From: the human T2T-CHM13v2.0 reference genome, Homo sapiens
DNA length: 64,000 nucleotides
Assembly (NCBI RefSeq): GCF_009914755.1
Contig: NC_060930.1
Direction: 5' to 3' (one strand)
Part shown: positions 1-13,137 of the stretch, piece after piece
Layout of the letters: each line of letters opens with the position of its first letter
Position numbering within the stretch: position 1 is the stretch's first letter
Notes under the pieces: generated by a model
Told to the model about the DNA's origin: nothing
What the model saw: only the letters and a program-made list of their open reading frames with translations
Databases searched by the model: none
Translations under genes and position numbers: made by a program

Positions 1-100
1 TCCAAGTAAATCTTTAAGGTTCAAATAACACAAAAAGAAGTACTAGCTAGTTGAATCAGATTGTAGTTTGGGAAAGGATGGTGTCAGACTAAGGGGTGGC

Positions 101-2233
101 TGTATTAGGCCCTTCTTGCGTTGCTATAAAGACATTTCTGAGACTTAGTAATTTATAAGAAAAGAGGTTTATCATTCCATCCCTGGCCCTTCCCAAATCT
201 CATGTCCCTCTCATATTGCAAAATACAATCATCCCTTCTCAGTAGTCCCCACAAAGTCTTAACTCATTCCAGCATTAACTCAAAAATCCCAAGTCCCAAA
301 TCCAAACTCTTATCTGTAAATGAGTTCCTTCTACCTATGAGCTTGTGAAATCACAGCAAGTTATATACTTCCAAGATACAATGAGGTATAGGCATTGGGT
401 AAACATTCCCATTCCAAAAGGGATAAATTGACCAAAAGAAAGGGGCTACAGAACCCATGCAAATTCGAAACCCAGCAGGGCAGTCATTAAATCGTAAACC
501 TCCAAAGTAATCTCCTTTGACTCTGTTTCACATCTAGGGCACACTGCTGCAAGGGGTGGGCTTTCAAGGCCTTGGACAGCTCTGCTCCTGTGACTTTGCA
601 TGTTCAGCTCCCAGGGCTGCTCTCATGGGTTGGAGTTGAATGCCTGTGGCTTTTCCAGATGCAGGGTCCATAATGCTAATGGATATAGCATTCTGGGTTC
701 TGGAGGACAATGCCTCCCTTCTCACAGCTACACTAGGCAGTGCCTTATTAGGGACTCTGTATGGAGATTGCAACTCCACATTTTCCTTTCAACTTCCCTA
801 GCAGAGGTTTTCTGTGAAGGCTTCCCCACTGCAGCAGGCACTTGCCTGGGCACCAAAGCTTTCTCATAAATCTTCTGAAATCTGGGTGGAGGCTACCAAC
901 CGTTCTTCACTCTTGTATTCTGTGCACCTACAGGCTTAATGCCACATAGAAGCTGCCAAGGCTTATGGCTCGCATTCTCCAAAGTTGCAACTCAAGCTAT
1001 ACCCGAGTCTCTTAGAATCCTAGCTGGAGCTAGAGTAGGCATATATGTGGAGCAGTGTCTTGGGATGCACAAAACAGTGGGACTTTAGGCTGGGCCATGA
1101 AACCATTCAGTCTTTATAGGCTTCAGGGCCTGCAATGGAAAGGGCTGCCTGGAAGATCTCTGAAATGCATTTGAGGCCTTTTAACCATTGTTTTGTTTAT
1201 TACCATTTGGCTCTGTTTTAGTTATCCAAATTTCTCTAGCATGAGGTTGATCCACAGCCTGCTTAAATTCCTCTTCCAAAAGAGCTTTTCCTTTCTCTGC
1301 TATATGGCCAGGGGCAAATTGTTTAAACTTTTACACTCTGCTTCCTGTTTAAATATAAATTCCAACTTTAAGTCATTCATTTGTTCCTAAATCTGAGCAT
1401 AGGTTGTTAGAAGCAGCCAGACTATATCTTGAACACATTGCTGCTTAGAAATTTCTTCTGCCGGATATCCTAGGTCATCATATCTCAAACTCAAACGTCC
1501 ACAGATGCGTAGGGCATGAACAGAATGCAGTCAATTTATTTGCTAAGGCATAACATGCATGACCTTTGCTCCAGTTCTCAATAAGTTCCTTGTATCCATC
1601 TGAGATCTCTACAACTTGGATTTTATTGCCCATATCACTATCAGTATTTTGGTCACAACCGTTTAACCAGTCTCTAAGATGTTCCAACCTTTCTGTCTCT
1701 TTCTGTCTTCTTCTGAGCCCTCTAAGCTATTCCAACCTCTGCCCATTACCCAGTTCCAAAGTTGCTTCTACATTTTCAGGTCTTTACAGAAATCCCCCAC
1801 TCCTCAGTACCAATTTTCTGTATTAGTCCATTCTTGCATTGCTATAAAGAAATACCCTAGACTAGGTAATTTATTTTTAAAAAGGTTTACATTGGTTCAT
1901 GGTTCTGCAGACTGCACAGGAATCATAGTGGCATATGCTTCTGGGGAGGCCTGAGCTTACAATTATGGAGTAAGGGAAAATGGGACCAGGTACATCACAT
2001 GGAAAGAGAGAGGAGAGACTCTGCAGGGGAGGAGAGGTGACACACATTTTTACATGACCAGATCTCCCCAGAACTCAGAGTGAAAGCTCATTTATCACCA
2101 AAGGGTTGGGCTAAGCCATTCAAGAGGGATCCACCCCTATGATCCCAACACCTTCCACTACTTCCCACTTCCAACACTGGGGATTAGAATCCCACATGAG
2201 ATTTGGGCAGGGACATATATTCAAACCATATCA
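101..2233 (-). mobile_element. MaLR MSTB-type element: collapsed LTR (101-174), internal region (175-1818), full LTR (1819-2233)
   Basis: Termini tgtattag...aaaccatatca are the reverse complement of MST LTR ends. The internal region resembles MST/THE1-int, and ORF 1478-1687 (DQNTDSDMGNKIQVVEISDG..ENWSKG) is the MaLR internal ORF remnant. Perfect 5-bp TSD GTGGC at 96-100 and 2234-2238. Confidence 0.9.
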
Positions 2234-2466
2234 GTGGCCTAGCTATAATCAAGTGACATTTTGAGTTCTTAAGTGACTACTACCTACAACCCCCTTAATA
2301 ACTTGAGAGATATCAGTTATAACCATCTAACCCTCAGTACACTGTAATTTTTTAACACAATTATGCTACATGAAGAAAATAAATGGATTCAAATTCAAGA
2401 TCATCAATTTATTCAGTGCAAATCATTATATATTATTTTTAGTAAACTTGAATACTTGTGACCCAT

Positions 2467-3486
2467 TGTGATAGCCAGATTGTCTGGATGGCCCCAGTTA
2501 AGAGTTTTCCTGAATCCATGTCCTTGGCAATTTGGCTTTGCAGCTACTCCCATTAAGAGGCAGAATCTGTTTTCCCACCACTTGTATCAGGTATAGTTTT
2601 ACTTACTTTGGCCAAAAAAATAAAAAGAAGCAGAAGTAATAGAGTGGCCAGTTCTAACCCAGACCTTAAGCAGTTTGCATGCTTCTACTGACATTCTCCC
2701 CTAATCTTTGTTCATGCCATGTGTCCATAGCAAGCCTGGCCTCCTGCAGGTTGGTGATAGACACATGAAGGATGAGACAAGTGGAAGAGGGCCAGCAATT
2801 AGCTGCAGAAGCAGATCTGCCTAGCTGATCCCCAATTCAAAAGTAGGACCACGAGGGAGTTTAGCTGTTACCAGCTGTAGAAGGCAGAATAATGGTCCCC
2901 CAAAGATATCCATGTTCTTATCCCTGGAACCTGTGAATATATTATTTTAAATGGCAAAAGGGACATTGCAGATGTGATTTAATCTTAAAATCAATAGGTT
3001 ATGCTGGATTATTTGTGTGGGCTCAGTGTAATCATAAGGGTCCTTAAAAGAGAGAAGCAGGAATGTCAGAGGAGATGTTCTGACAGAAGCAGAGGTCAAA
3101 GAGAAAAGGGAACTTAATGATGCTACACTGCTGGCTGTGAAGACAGAGAGGAAGGTGCTATGAGCCAAAGAATACAAGTGGCCTCTTGAAGATGAAGAAT
3201 GGAAGGAAGGGAAAAACGTTTTCAGAAGGAAGACAGCTCTGCTGACATTTTCATTTTAGCATTGTAAGACATATTTCAGACTTCTAATCTTCAAAACTGT
3301 AAGATAATAAATTTCTGTTAAGTTACTAAATTTGTAATAAAGTTACTAAAGTTGTAATTTGCAATAGCAGAGAACTACTACACTAGCCTAATATATACCC
3401 TGCAGACGCATCACTTAAATAGTTGTTTTGATTTGAATTACTAGATTTTGGAGGTGTTTTCTTACCCAAATGCTCACTGGTATACA
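2467..3486 (+). mobile_element. MLT1G/H-type MaLR LTR interrupted by an MLT1D insertion
   Basis: ctttgcagctactcccattaagaggcagaatctg... resembles MLT1G/H. The LTR 3' end (...tataca) resumes after 3387. Confidence 0.65.
2876..3382 (+). mobile_element. MLT1D solo LTR (nested)
   Basis: Runs from tgtagaaggcagaataatggtcccccaaagatatccatg to gaactactaca. Near-TSD ccagc (2871-2875) / ctagc (3383-3387). Confidence 0.8.
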
Positions 3487-4459
3487 CTTTGAAGTAGAAA
3501 TTTTGTTTTTTCTGTATAAAAACACAACTATTTAAAAATGTGAGGCAAACATGTGAATCCCTAAACTAACAAAGTGTTTGCAAAATAACCAAAGGGGAAA
3601 GAAGAGGAAGAAGGGGTGAACAAGTTGCATTACCAGCATTTATCTTTTTCAAAATGTAAATTATCTCTCATTTAATCTATAAAACAACCATAATGTGGTA
3701 TATATTAAAAACCTAAAATACATATACAATGTGAGTTCCGTAGCTAAGAATGAGAGGTCTTGAAACAGATGTGAGTCTAATAAATAGGGAAATTTATAAC
3801 TTTCAAAATTGTAGTACTAAGAAAAATAAATATAATAATATGACATATAAGAACACTAAAAGGTTTTATAATCAGTGCACAGTATTAGATTAAATCCGTG
3901 ACCTAGGAGGTTTATAAGAAATTCTGTGCTTCAGCAGAATGTATCTTCAGGTGAATGCCTGCCTCAGTGAGAAGTAATGTAGTTGTAATGCAATAGTCAA
4001 GACAGAAGAATATCATGCTAGCTTTGCTTTGAATGACTATATAAATAGTATCAGGAATGTTTGAAAAAATTTAATATTATAACAAAACATTCTGATGTCA
4101 ATAACTTTGCTAAGAACTCTAGGGCTAATGGTGGTTTTTTAACAGTCTTTTCTAAAGCTACTTTCGTCATAAATGTTGCACTGTGTAATCCATCAGAACA
4201 TCAATTCCAAGCATGAAAAAAGAAATACAAAGACATACAGTAGTGAACCACAAGAGAAAATATCACCTAGTTTTTCTTTTTGAATATATAGCTCCTTTGA
4301 ATTGAAATAATTACATTTCATAGACTGGCATTCCAAAATATAACCAATAGCATTTTCATCACCTTCCCACAAAATTCTTCCTGTTTAATAAATGTCTTTT
4401 CAAAGAAAGCACTTAATTTTATACTGATATTTAATTTATATCTAAAGTAATCCTATCAG

Positions 4460-4708
4460 ATAAAAAAAGAAGTGATATTAATTTTAAAATATATTTTATT
4501 TAACACATTATATCTAAAATATTTCAAAAGGTAACCAACAATTTGTTAATGAGTTATTTTGCATTCATTATTTTTATGAGGTCTTTAAGTTTCAATATAA
4601 GCTTCACATTTATTTCATATCTAAATTCTGATTAGCCCTTAACATTAGGCCATCATTAAGTGCTCAATAACCACATGCTGCTGGTCGCTATCACATTGGA
4701 GAGTGCAG
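4460..4708 (+). mobile_element. MER33 (hAT-Charlie) DNA transposon remnant
   Basis: atattttatttaacacattatatctaaaat...aagtgctcaataaccacatg...ttggagagtgcag resembles the MER33 3' part and terminal inverted repeat. Confidence 0.7.
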
Positions 4709-4813
4709 CTCTAAAAAGAAGTAGTGAAAGAGAAAAAGGGTTATTGACATCACCTTGCAAATAAAAAGATAAAAAAAAAAACTGTGGTAATATCCTAATT
4801 GCTTTTAGAAACC

Positions 4814-5290
4814 TATGATTCTTAATTGTATGTGTCAACTTGACTTGGGTTAAGGAATGCCCAGATAGCTGGCGAAACATTATTTTGGGGTGTGTCTGTG
4901 AGGATTTTTCTAGAAGAGATTAGCTTTTGAATCAGCAGACTGAGTAAGGAAGATGGCCTCAACAATGTGGGCAGGCACCATTCAATTCTTTGAAGGATAG
5001 GATAGAACAAAAAAGCAGAGAAAACGCAAATTGCCCCTTTCACCTTGAGCTCGGATATCCAACTTCTCCTGTTCTTGGACATCTGAGCTCTTGGTCCTAG
5101 GGCCTTCAGATTCCAGAACTTACACCACTGGCTTTCCTGATTCTTCAGCTTGCAGAGGGGATGGTATGGGACTTTTCAGCCTCTGTAATCAAGTGAGCCA
5201 ATTCCTCTAATAAATGTCTTTGTGCTGTGTTCATATATATCTGTATATATGCTATTGGTTCTGCTTTCCTGGAGAATCCTGCCTAATACA
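4814..5290 (+). mobile_element. MLT2 (ERVL) solo LTR
   Basis: ttaattgtatgtgtcaacttgac...cccagatagctgg...agactgagtaaggaagat...ggagaatcctgcctaataca are typical MLT2 segments. Confidence 0.8.
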
Positions 5291-5405
5291 GGATTCATCC
5301 CAGAGCTACTGAATTAAAAATGTTGGTAGGACCTGAAAATTGTAATTTTACAAGGCTCTTCAGATGCAGTTTTGTAGTTTTCAATATGGGTTTGGGGAAC
5401 TACTG
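5291..5405. mobile_element. MER5-like hAT-Charlie remnant
   Basis: cccagagctactgaat...ttttacaagg...tttggggaactactg pattern; degenerate. Confidence 0.45.
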
Positions 5406-5469
5406 ATTACTGTGTTAAGGTGGCTTTAAATTCTAATAGGTTACAGGGTAGCAAAGCTTGTAGAGTCAT

Positions 5470-5660
5470 AGAGCATTTAGGTTGTAGAGTCATGTAGACT
5501 TTGATTTGAAATCAGACTCTGAAGAATTACCAGTCGAATGTCACCAAGTTACTTTACCTTTTCCTGAGCTTTGGTCTTTGATAAGATTAAGACTACATAC
5601 CACATAAAATTATTAATGGCATAAAATAAAATAATATGTAAAGGAATTTGCAGAGAACCA
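5470..5660 (+). mobile_element. MIR SINE fragment
   Basis: Degenerate MIR core: caagttactttaccttttcctgagc...aaataaaataatatgtaaagg. Confidence 0.5.
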
Positions 5661-5739
5661 AGAAATCTGTTTTTGCTCATTATAATGTTTCTGAAATCCC
5701 CTCATGACCCCAAATGGCATTTCTAACTCTAGATATTTG

Positions 5740-6104
5740 CAAAACTGGGTGGCTTAAACAATAGAAATTTATTTTCTTATAGTTCTAGAGCCTAGAAATC
5801 CAAGATCAAGTGCCATCTTGGCTGGTTTTTAGAGAGGTGTCTCTTAGTGGCTTGCAGCCTGCTGCCTTCTTGCTATATCCTCATATAACCCCTTTGCTGT
5901 GTGTCTGCAGGAAGAGAGAACATGATCTCTGGTGTTGTTCCCTCTCCTTATAGGGAAAACAGCCCTGTTAGATTAAAATTGCACACTTATGACCTTATTT
6001 AACCTTAATTACCTTTTTTTATTATCTCCAAATATAGTCACATTGTGAAGTAGAACTTTGAATATAAATTTCTTTGAGAGGAGGGACACAATTCAGCTCA
6101 TAAC
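5740..6104 (-). mobile_element. MLT1A/B MaLR LTR
   Basis: actgggtggcttaaacaatagaaatttatt...agttctagag...ccaagatcaag...gggacacaattcagctcataac. Confidence 0.75.
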
Positions 6105-6707
6105 TTTGTCATTGGTTAGTATCACCATGTACTTATTGTTCAAACACACACCTGGAGACTTTCAGAACAGTTAGGATGGCTTGAACATTAAAACTTACTC
6201 CTTTGCTGCACTATCTCTAGCAAATCAAGAATATAATCAGTATTTGTACTGATGTAACTCTGGCCAATGTCTCTATATTTTGGAGATAGCTTTAGCCCCT
6301 ACTCATCATTAAAATATTGGACATAAGCTTCCATAATTGCTCAGCAAAGCATGCCAACTGACAAACAAAAGAAACACCAAGTCAAGCTTTTTCTGTTTAT
6401 GAGATAAGACTGTAAATCAATACATAAGTTTTTCTCACCTAGAGAATATCTTTTCATGGATAGGAGCTGTATTTTAACTGGAAGGTTAGTTATTTCCATT
6501 TATAGTCTCTTGGGAGAAACCAAGTTCCTCATCAATTCTAGTCTATGTACTATTGTGACAAGTACAGATAGCTATATCTTGGCTGATTGTATATATAATA
6601 TAGGACTTCTAATTTGAGAAGCACTGTTCACAATAGCCAACTTGAAATGTTAGAAGTTAATAATCAAACTATAACCCAATGAGAATGTATTTTGAACCTG
6701 TCAGTAA

Positions 6708-7075
<368 letters not shown>

Positions 7076-7473
7076 TGCATTTCTATTTAAATTCACTTTT
7101 AGATAGCTTTTCTTTCCTACTATAACTTACATTCTCTGTCATCTTATAATGTATCCTTCTTCTGGTAACCCAACAACAGGTAACCCCAACTTTTTCATTT
7201 ATTAATTGCTAAATGTTAGGGATGACTTCCTTTTCTAGCCTGACCTAAGAATCAGTTCTTTTAAAATAAGCAATAAGGTAAACAGTCCAGATATAAATGT
7301 TGCCTAGAAACAAACAAGTGGCATTCTTCTTACCTGTATTCTCCACTAAAATCAGTATTAGATAGTCCCACATGTGTTTCATCTCTCTTAAAAAATTTAA
7401 ACTTTTTCCCATAAGTTTAAACCTAACTGAAATTTATATTTTTTCATAACTTTTAATAGATTTATTTGTTGCT

Positions 7474-7650
7474 TATTTTTTATTTTGTGGGTACATAGTA
7501 GGTCTATATATTTATGGGGTACATGAAATATTTTGACACAAGCATGCAATGCATAATAAAGCACTGCTCACAATAGCCAGGATTTGGAAGGAACCTAAGT
7601 GTCCATCAACAACAAATGAATTGATAAAGAAAATGTGGTATACATTCACA
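7474..7650 (-). mobile_element. Short L1MA-type insertion: 3' end on - (7474-7558) joined to an inverted ORF2-tail piece on + (7560-7650)
   Basis: ttttgtgggtacatagtagg...ggggtacatga (antisense L1MA 3' end) followed by cacaatagccaggatttggaaggaacctaagtgtccatcaac (sense L1). Confidence 0.7.
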
Positions 7651-8504
7651 TATTTTTAAAGCAAACAACTCTATTGTTTATAATTACATGTTATTTCACA
7701 GGAGGGAGGTATTCGTGGCTCTTTTATAACTCTCTGAGACAGATATGATTGAGATGTACATTCATACACAATCATACTTGTCTTAATGTACTTGGTCAGA
7801 TTTAATATACAGTTCTTTCTTGTTTAGGTGTAACAATAAATAGTAAGAACCAACCTTTAAAGAGATTTTTCACAGAACTGATAAGCTTTACAAATTCATT
7901 TTGTTCTGAAATGTGAAATTTATCTGAGAGTATATACATAAGTTGGTCAGACTTATTTGAGTTATATTTAGTATGATCAAAATGTATTATTGCCATAATT
8001 ATCCTGAGGAAAAGAAATAAATATTTAAATATATATTAAATTTTAAGAACGTTTTGACATTTTAGGATATCCTGGAAAATACTACTGTATTTGTCTGTCC
8101 CCAGGATTCTCAGATGTTGGTACCAGAAGATAGCTGTACGGGGTTTCATCCTCGACGTGCTCCAAGCTTGGCTTGCCCCAAGGGCTCATCAAAAAGCAGG
8201 AAGATCCTGGACTTCTATTTTTAGTGATAGCTGTTATTTACCCCAAGTCTAATAGTGTATATGGAAACTTCTGCCTCCTCATTGATAAAATACCTAATAT
8301 TGCTTTTAAAGAAGGTTGAAAAGGAATTTAAATTGTATTTTCCTAGTAATTAATAATACAATTATTGTATTATTCCGGCTATGTCACTAGCTCTATTAAT
8401 TTTAGATATTTAGTTCTTTTTTTGTAAAGGAAATGAGCCATCTCTCATACACATAAAAAAGTACTTATGGCAGTTTATTCACATATCTTTTATAATTATT
8501 TGAT

Positions 8505-8699
8505 AATCACTCAGTAAAGTAGATTGACCTCCCCAGAGTGAGTGGGCATCATTTAATCCGTTGAAGGCCCAAAAAGAACAAAAAGGCAAAGAAGCTAAAT
8601 TCACCGCTTTTTGCTTCCTGCCTGCCTGCTTGACCTGGGAGACTGGTCTTCTACTCCTGAAATGTCTTTGTCTCTTTCTGTCTGTCTCTCTCTCTCTCT

Positions 8700-8735
<36 letters not shown>

Positions 8736-8775
8736 CCTATTTATTCTGTTTCTCTAGTGAACCCTGACTAATACA
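8505..8775 (+). mobile_element. MLT2D-like LTR 3' part containing (CT)n(CA)n microsatellite
   Basis: agtaaagtagattgacctcc...gggcatcatttaatccgttgaaggcc...ctgtttctctagtgaaccctgactaataca. (CA)n at about 8702-8733. Confidence 0.75.
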
Positions 8776-9050
8776 ATCCTGGTCCAAGAAAATCCAACAT
8801 AAATTAAAATGAATAGGTAACAGCAGCCAATATCCACATGGGAAAATAAGAAAAACCATATTAGCTGATAATAATTCTCTCATCCAAACTAACCATAAAC
8901 AAGATGAAAAATGTAGCACAAAAACACAATATGAATTATATATCCTTAAATAATATTTCTAAGTATAAAAAGGTATACAAAATTTGAAAAGCCAGAAAAA
9001 AGGACAAAAACTTGCAACAAGTAACATGAAAGATGAAAAAAACATGAAAG

Positions 9051-9790
9051 ATACCACAATGAGATACCATCTCGCACCAGTCAGAATGGCTATTATTAAA
9101 AAGTCAAAAAATAACATGCTGGTGAGGTTGTGGAGAAAAAGAAACACTTACAGACTTCTGATGGGAATGCAAATTAGTTCAGGCACCGTGAAAAGCAGTC
9201 CAGAGAGTTCTCAAAAAACTTAAAACAGAACTACCATTTGACCTAGCAATTCCATTACTGGGTATATACCCAAAGGAATATAAATTCTGTGTTCATCGCC
9301 GCATCATTCACAATAACAAAGGCATGGAATCAATCTAGATGCCCATTAATAGTGGACTGGATAAAGAAAATGGGGTACATTACACTATAGAATACCATGC
9401 AGCTATAAAAGGTCATGGTCTTCGCTGGAGATCATGGTCTTTGCTGCAACATGGATGGAGCTGGATGCTACTTTTCTAAGTGAACCAACATAGTAAAGAA
9501 AACCAAATGTCTCATGTTCTCACTTATATAAATGGGAGCTAAACATTGAGTACACATGGATACAAAGAAAGTAACAATAGAAACTGAGGCCTCTTTGAGG
9601 GTGGAGGGTGGAAGAAGAGTGAGGATTGAAAAACTGCCTATTGAGTATTATGCTGATTACCTGGCTGAAAAAATAATCTGTAAGCTAAACCCCTTGTGAC
9701 AAGCAATTTAACCATGTAACAAACCTGCATATGTACACCTTGAGCCTAAAATAAAAGTTGGATAGAAGAAAAATAAGAAAAAAAGAAATC
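9051..9790 (+). mobile_element. L1PA15/16-type 3' fragment
   Basis: ORF2 C-terminus TTMRYHLAPVRMAIIKKSKNN, 3'UTR gaggattgaaaaactgcctattgagtattatgct, A-rich tail. Confidence 0.8.
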
Positions 9791-9799
9791 AAAACAGAA

Positions 9800-10570
9800 G
9801 GAAAAAAATCCCAATGAATTCAAGGTAGCCTTTGATAAAAGTATAACAAGAATTCAATAGAAGAATAAAAATTAAGAGAATGTAAAGTGAAGAAAGAGTT
9901 ATACAGGATCAGAAAACAAATTTGACATAGACTATAAGCAAAGAAAACTCAATATAAGATTAATTGGAGTTTCAAAAAAGAAAAATCAATGAAATAAATG
10001 CAATCCAAGAAATGTGTCAGAAACAAAAGAAGACCAAAATCTACATATTGAAAAATTTTACCACATAAAATTGACATGGAACAGTCAATTCTGAGACATA
10101 ACGAAGTACCTCAATTCAGCTTTAAGATAAAGAAAATATGGTTTGAACCTCCAAGACATTTACAAAGGAAGAAAATCAAATGTTATCAGATTTTATAACA
10201 GCAATATACAAAATACAAAGCAAAGCAAAAGTGGAGAAGCATTTTCAAAAGGATAAAAAGTGAAAATCAGTAAGAGAAAAGGAAATAGACAACATAGAAG
10301 AAACACAGTAAATACAACAATATGTATGGTAACTATAAAACAAATAGTATGACAAAGTTGATTCTATGTCAGCCATAACATACCTATTAAAAATAATTTG
10401 TAAGCAAAATGAAATTCTGTTGGGTTTTGGGTTCTGTTGTATAGAGAGATACATAAAGCAATGTTATTCAGAAAGATTAAAAGAAAGTAATGATACATGT
10501 ATACATGGCAATTTCAAACAATAAAAAGACAGGATTGCAATCTTGATATCAGCAGAAACCACAGAAATGG
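9800..10570 (+). mobile_element. Ancient L1M/HAL1-like ORF1 to ORF2-start remnant
   Basis: Strongly A-rich strand with degenerate L1 motifs (taattggagtttcaaa, ctacatattgaaa, gattgcaatcttgatatcag). Confidence 0.45.
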
Positions 10571-10799
10571 AAAGGAAAAATAGTAATGCACTTTATTAGT
10601 TTACACAGCTTTGTTAGAAAGAGATCTAAATTTTCCAGAATTCCCTTTCCAGTGTAGTTCCTGCTAGAGGTTGACCCTCCAAAATTTGCATATTTAGAGA
10701 CAGAAATGAAGCAGCAGCCATTACTCTCTGAAACCCTTTCTGCAATTAGATGCAGTGACAATTAATTTTTAAATAACTGGGAAAGAGTGAGGAAGGGTC

Positions 10800-11590
10800 T
10801 ATGGTATTTGATTTGAATTGGAGACTTCAGTATGAATTCATTATTTATTTAAGAATACTTCTCTCTCTGACCACTGAAATCGTCTAGAAACAATGACACC
10901 CTAGTAACAAAAAGCACACCAATCACCCAGATCTAGCATGAAATGTCTACAAGGAGTTCTCATCACTTAAAAGGGGACTTGGAACAATTTCTGCCACAAA
11001 ACAAAGAAGTGGTAAAAATTTTATGGGTACAGATTGGAAGTTGATAGAAATTATCTTGACGAAGCTTCCAGTGGTCAACTTTGGGCAAGTTGAGCATCAA
11101 AAGGATGATAGTCGTAAAAAATTATGTCATACTGAATAATAACAATAAACAATCCAAAACCATTGCTACAAAAAGCAGATTGGAATGGAAAATCTTTTCT
11201 TTACCAAAGAATGCCAAATAACTATTTAGTTGGAATGATGGTAGAAAATCACAGCTTTCTGACCACCAATGCAGCAACTAATCCAGAAAAGGTTATTATT
11301 TGTGGCATTGGGTGAAATTATTAAAAAGTTGATATTCAGAGGTTCTCAAAGTATCACTCAACAAATGCTGACTAATTAGAAAAAAAATACAGATTTGGTG
11401 TCAAACTAATGGGACATACACACATTATATGCCTTCTGATGTAATGGTAATGACAGAAACTGCTATCACATATGCAGTATCACTGCTAAAAATGTTTAAC
11501 CTGAATCTAATAATAAGTAAAATATAAACAATTACACATTGTAGAACATTTTACAAGTCAACCAGCATGGTGTCTTTAAGAATGTCAGTC
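10800..11590 (+). mobile_element. Ancient L1MC/ME 3' region
   Basis: ctagaaacaatgacaccctagtaac... and aaaaatgtttaacctgaatctaa...gaacattttacaa resemble old L1M 3'UTRs. Confidence 0.5.
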
Positions 11591-11840
11591 TAATTCATAG
11601 GATAGCTTCAAAGTGATGCTCACTTGCCAACCACACAGATATTTAGAGCTCCCAATCAACATTTAAGGTGCCACACTCTAAAATATAAACAAGCAAGGGT
11701 CTATAATTTTTTACCAAACTCTCCAACATGTTAGATAGATTGAGCTAAACAGGGAAAAATGACATTGCAAGAAACATAAATCATGGGAAAAGACAAGAAC
11801 TACAAATAAACACATATGCATAAATGACAAGAAATACAAC

Positions 11841-11882
11841 TGTGTGTGTGTGTGTGTATATATACATATATATACACACACA
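11841..11882. repeat. Compound (TG)n(TA)n(CA)n microsatellite
   Basis: Read directly from the sequence. Confidence 0.9.
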
Positions 11883-12254
11883 AATATATTATGTAATAAG
11901 TAAGTGGACAGTGTGATTCAAAAAGATACTCCATAGATTTAAAAAAATTAGATGTTGTGAAGAAGATTAGATGAATAGGGCAAGAATCTGCAGGAGAAAG
12001 TTTTCCAGAAAAAAAAAATTAAAAAAAGAAAAAGAAAACATAATAAATTCAGTGAAAAATCCTATATAATATGATCATGAAACATTCAAGATTGACAAAT
12101 GTAATTAAAATAAAAATTTTTAAATGTTACCAGAGGCTCTATTAATTTCTTTGGTACATATACATATACATATATGTGTGTATACATAATATAATAATAC
12201 ATACATGTATTTCAAGTATATATATATTTGGTATTTTAAATATATATATGAAAT

Positions 12255-12680
12255 ATGTATTATATATTATTCAATATATAATACATTATTCAATAATATG
12301 TATTATATATTATTCAATATATAATACATTATTCAATAATATGTATTATTCAATACATATTATTCAATAATATGTATTATTCAATACATATTATTCAATA
12401 ATATGTATTATTCAATACATATTATTCAATAATATGTATTATTCAATACATATTATTCAATAATATGTATTATTCAATACATATTATTCAATAATATGTA
12501 TTATTCAATACATATTATTCAATAATATGTATTATTCAATACATATTCAATAATATGTATTATTCAATACATATTATTCAATAATATGTATTATTCAATA
12601 CATATTATTCAATAATATGTATTATTCAATACATATTATTCAATAATATGTATTATTCAATACATATTATTCAATAATAT
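12255..12680. repeat. AT-rich palindromic minisatellite: two 43-bp units, then about 11 units of 31 bp (one 28 bp)
   Basis: Unit TATTATTCAATAATATGTATTATTCAATACA. ATG anchors at 12255, 12298, 12341, 12372, 12403, 12434, 12465, 12496, 12527, 12555, 12586, 12617, 12648. Confidence 0.95.
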
Positions 12681-12752
12681 ATATTACTAAATATATAATA
12701 CACTATTCAATAATATATATTATTTCAAATATGTATATTTTAAATACATATG

Positions 12753-13137
12753 TGTGTTGGTTTTCTCTTTTTGTTCCCTAGCCCACCAGATCCATTCATG
12801 GGCCCTCTCTGCTTCCACTGTGGCCCCAAGAAGTTGATACTTGTGAAAGGCAATGGAAGGCACTACCTAGAGATAGACCAGCAGGAAGGGAGACAGGTTG
12901 GACACTTCATTTCTTCTATGGTTTGGTGCAACTTCTGTGACCACTCATTTTCAGAGCTCCCTGAACATTTCCAGCTTTCACTGGACTTCCATATCTCAAT
13001 TTCCTCCATTTCTGTCTTCATCCCTAATGGAGAACCAGTCTCCAGTTTTTGCAAAGCTCTTGGTGCCTTATCATTTTTTTCTGTTCTCCTAACATTATAT
13101 ACACCCTTAAAAAAACTTGTATTAAAAGTTTCTTCTC
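12753..13137 (+). mobile_element. LTR33-like (ERVL) LTR, split by L1PA7 and resuming at about 16101-16155
   Basis: ccagatccattc...caatggaaggcactacctagagat...gcaggaagggagacagg resembles LTR33. The LTR 3' end (atttcctgc...ctgata) lies beyond the L1. Confidence 0.55.

Noticed and set aside
12176-12370. Ile/Tyr-rich 64-aa ORF
   Set aside because: Translation of AT-rich low-complexity repeat.
12326-12680. CRISPR-like array of ~31-bp palindromic repeats
   Set aside because: The units are head-to-tail with no unique spacers, there are no cas genes, and the context is primate DNA. It is a minisatellite.
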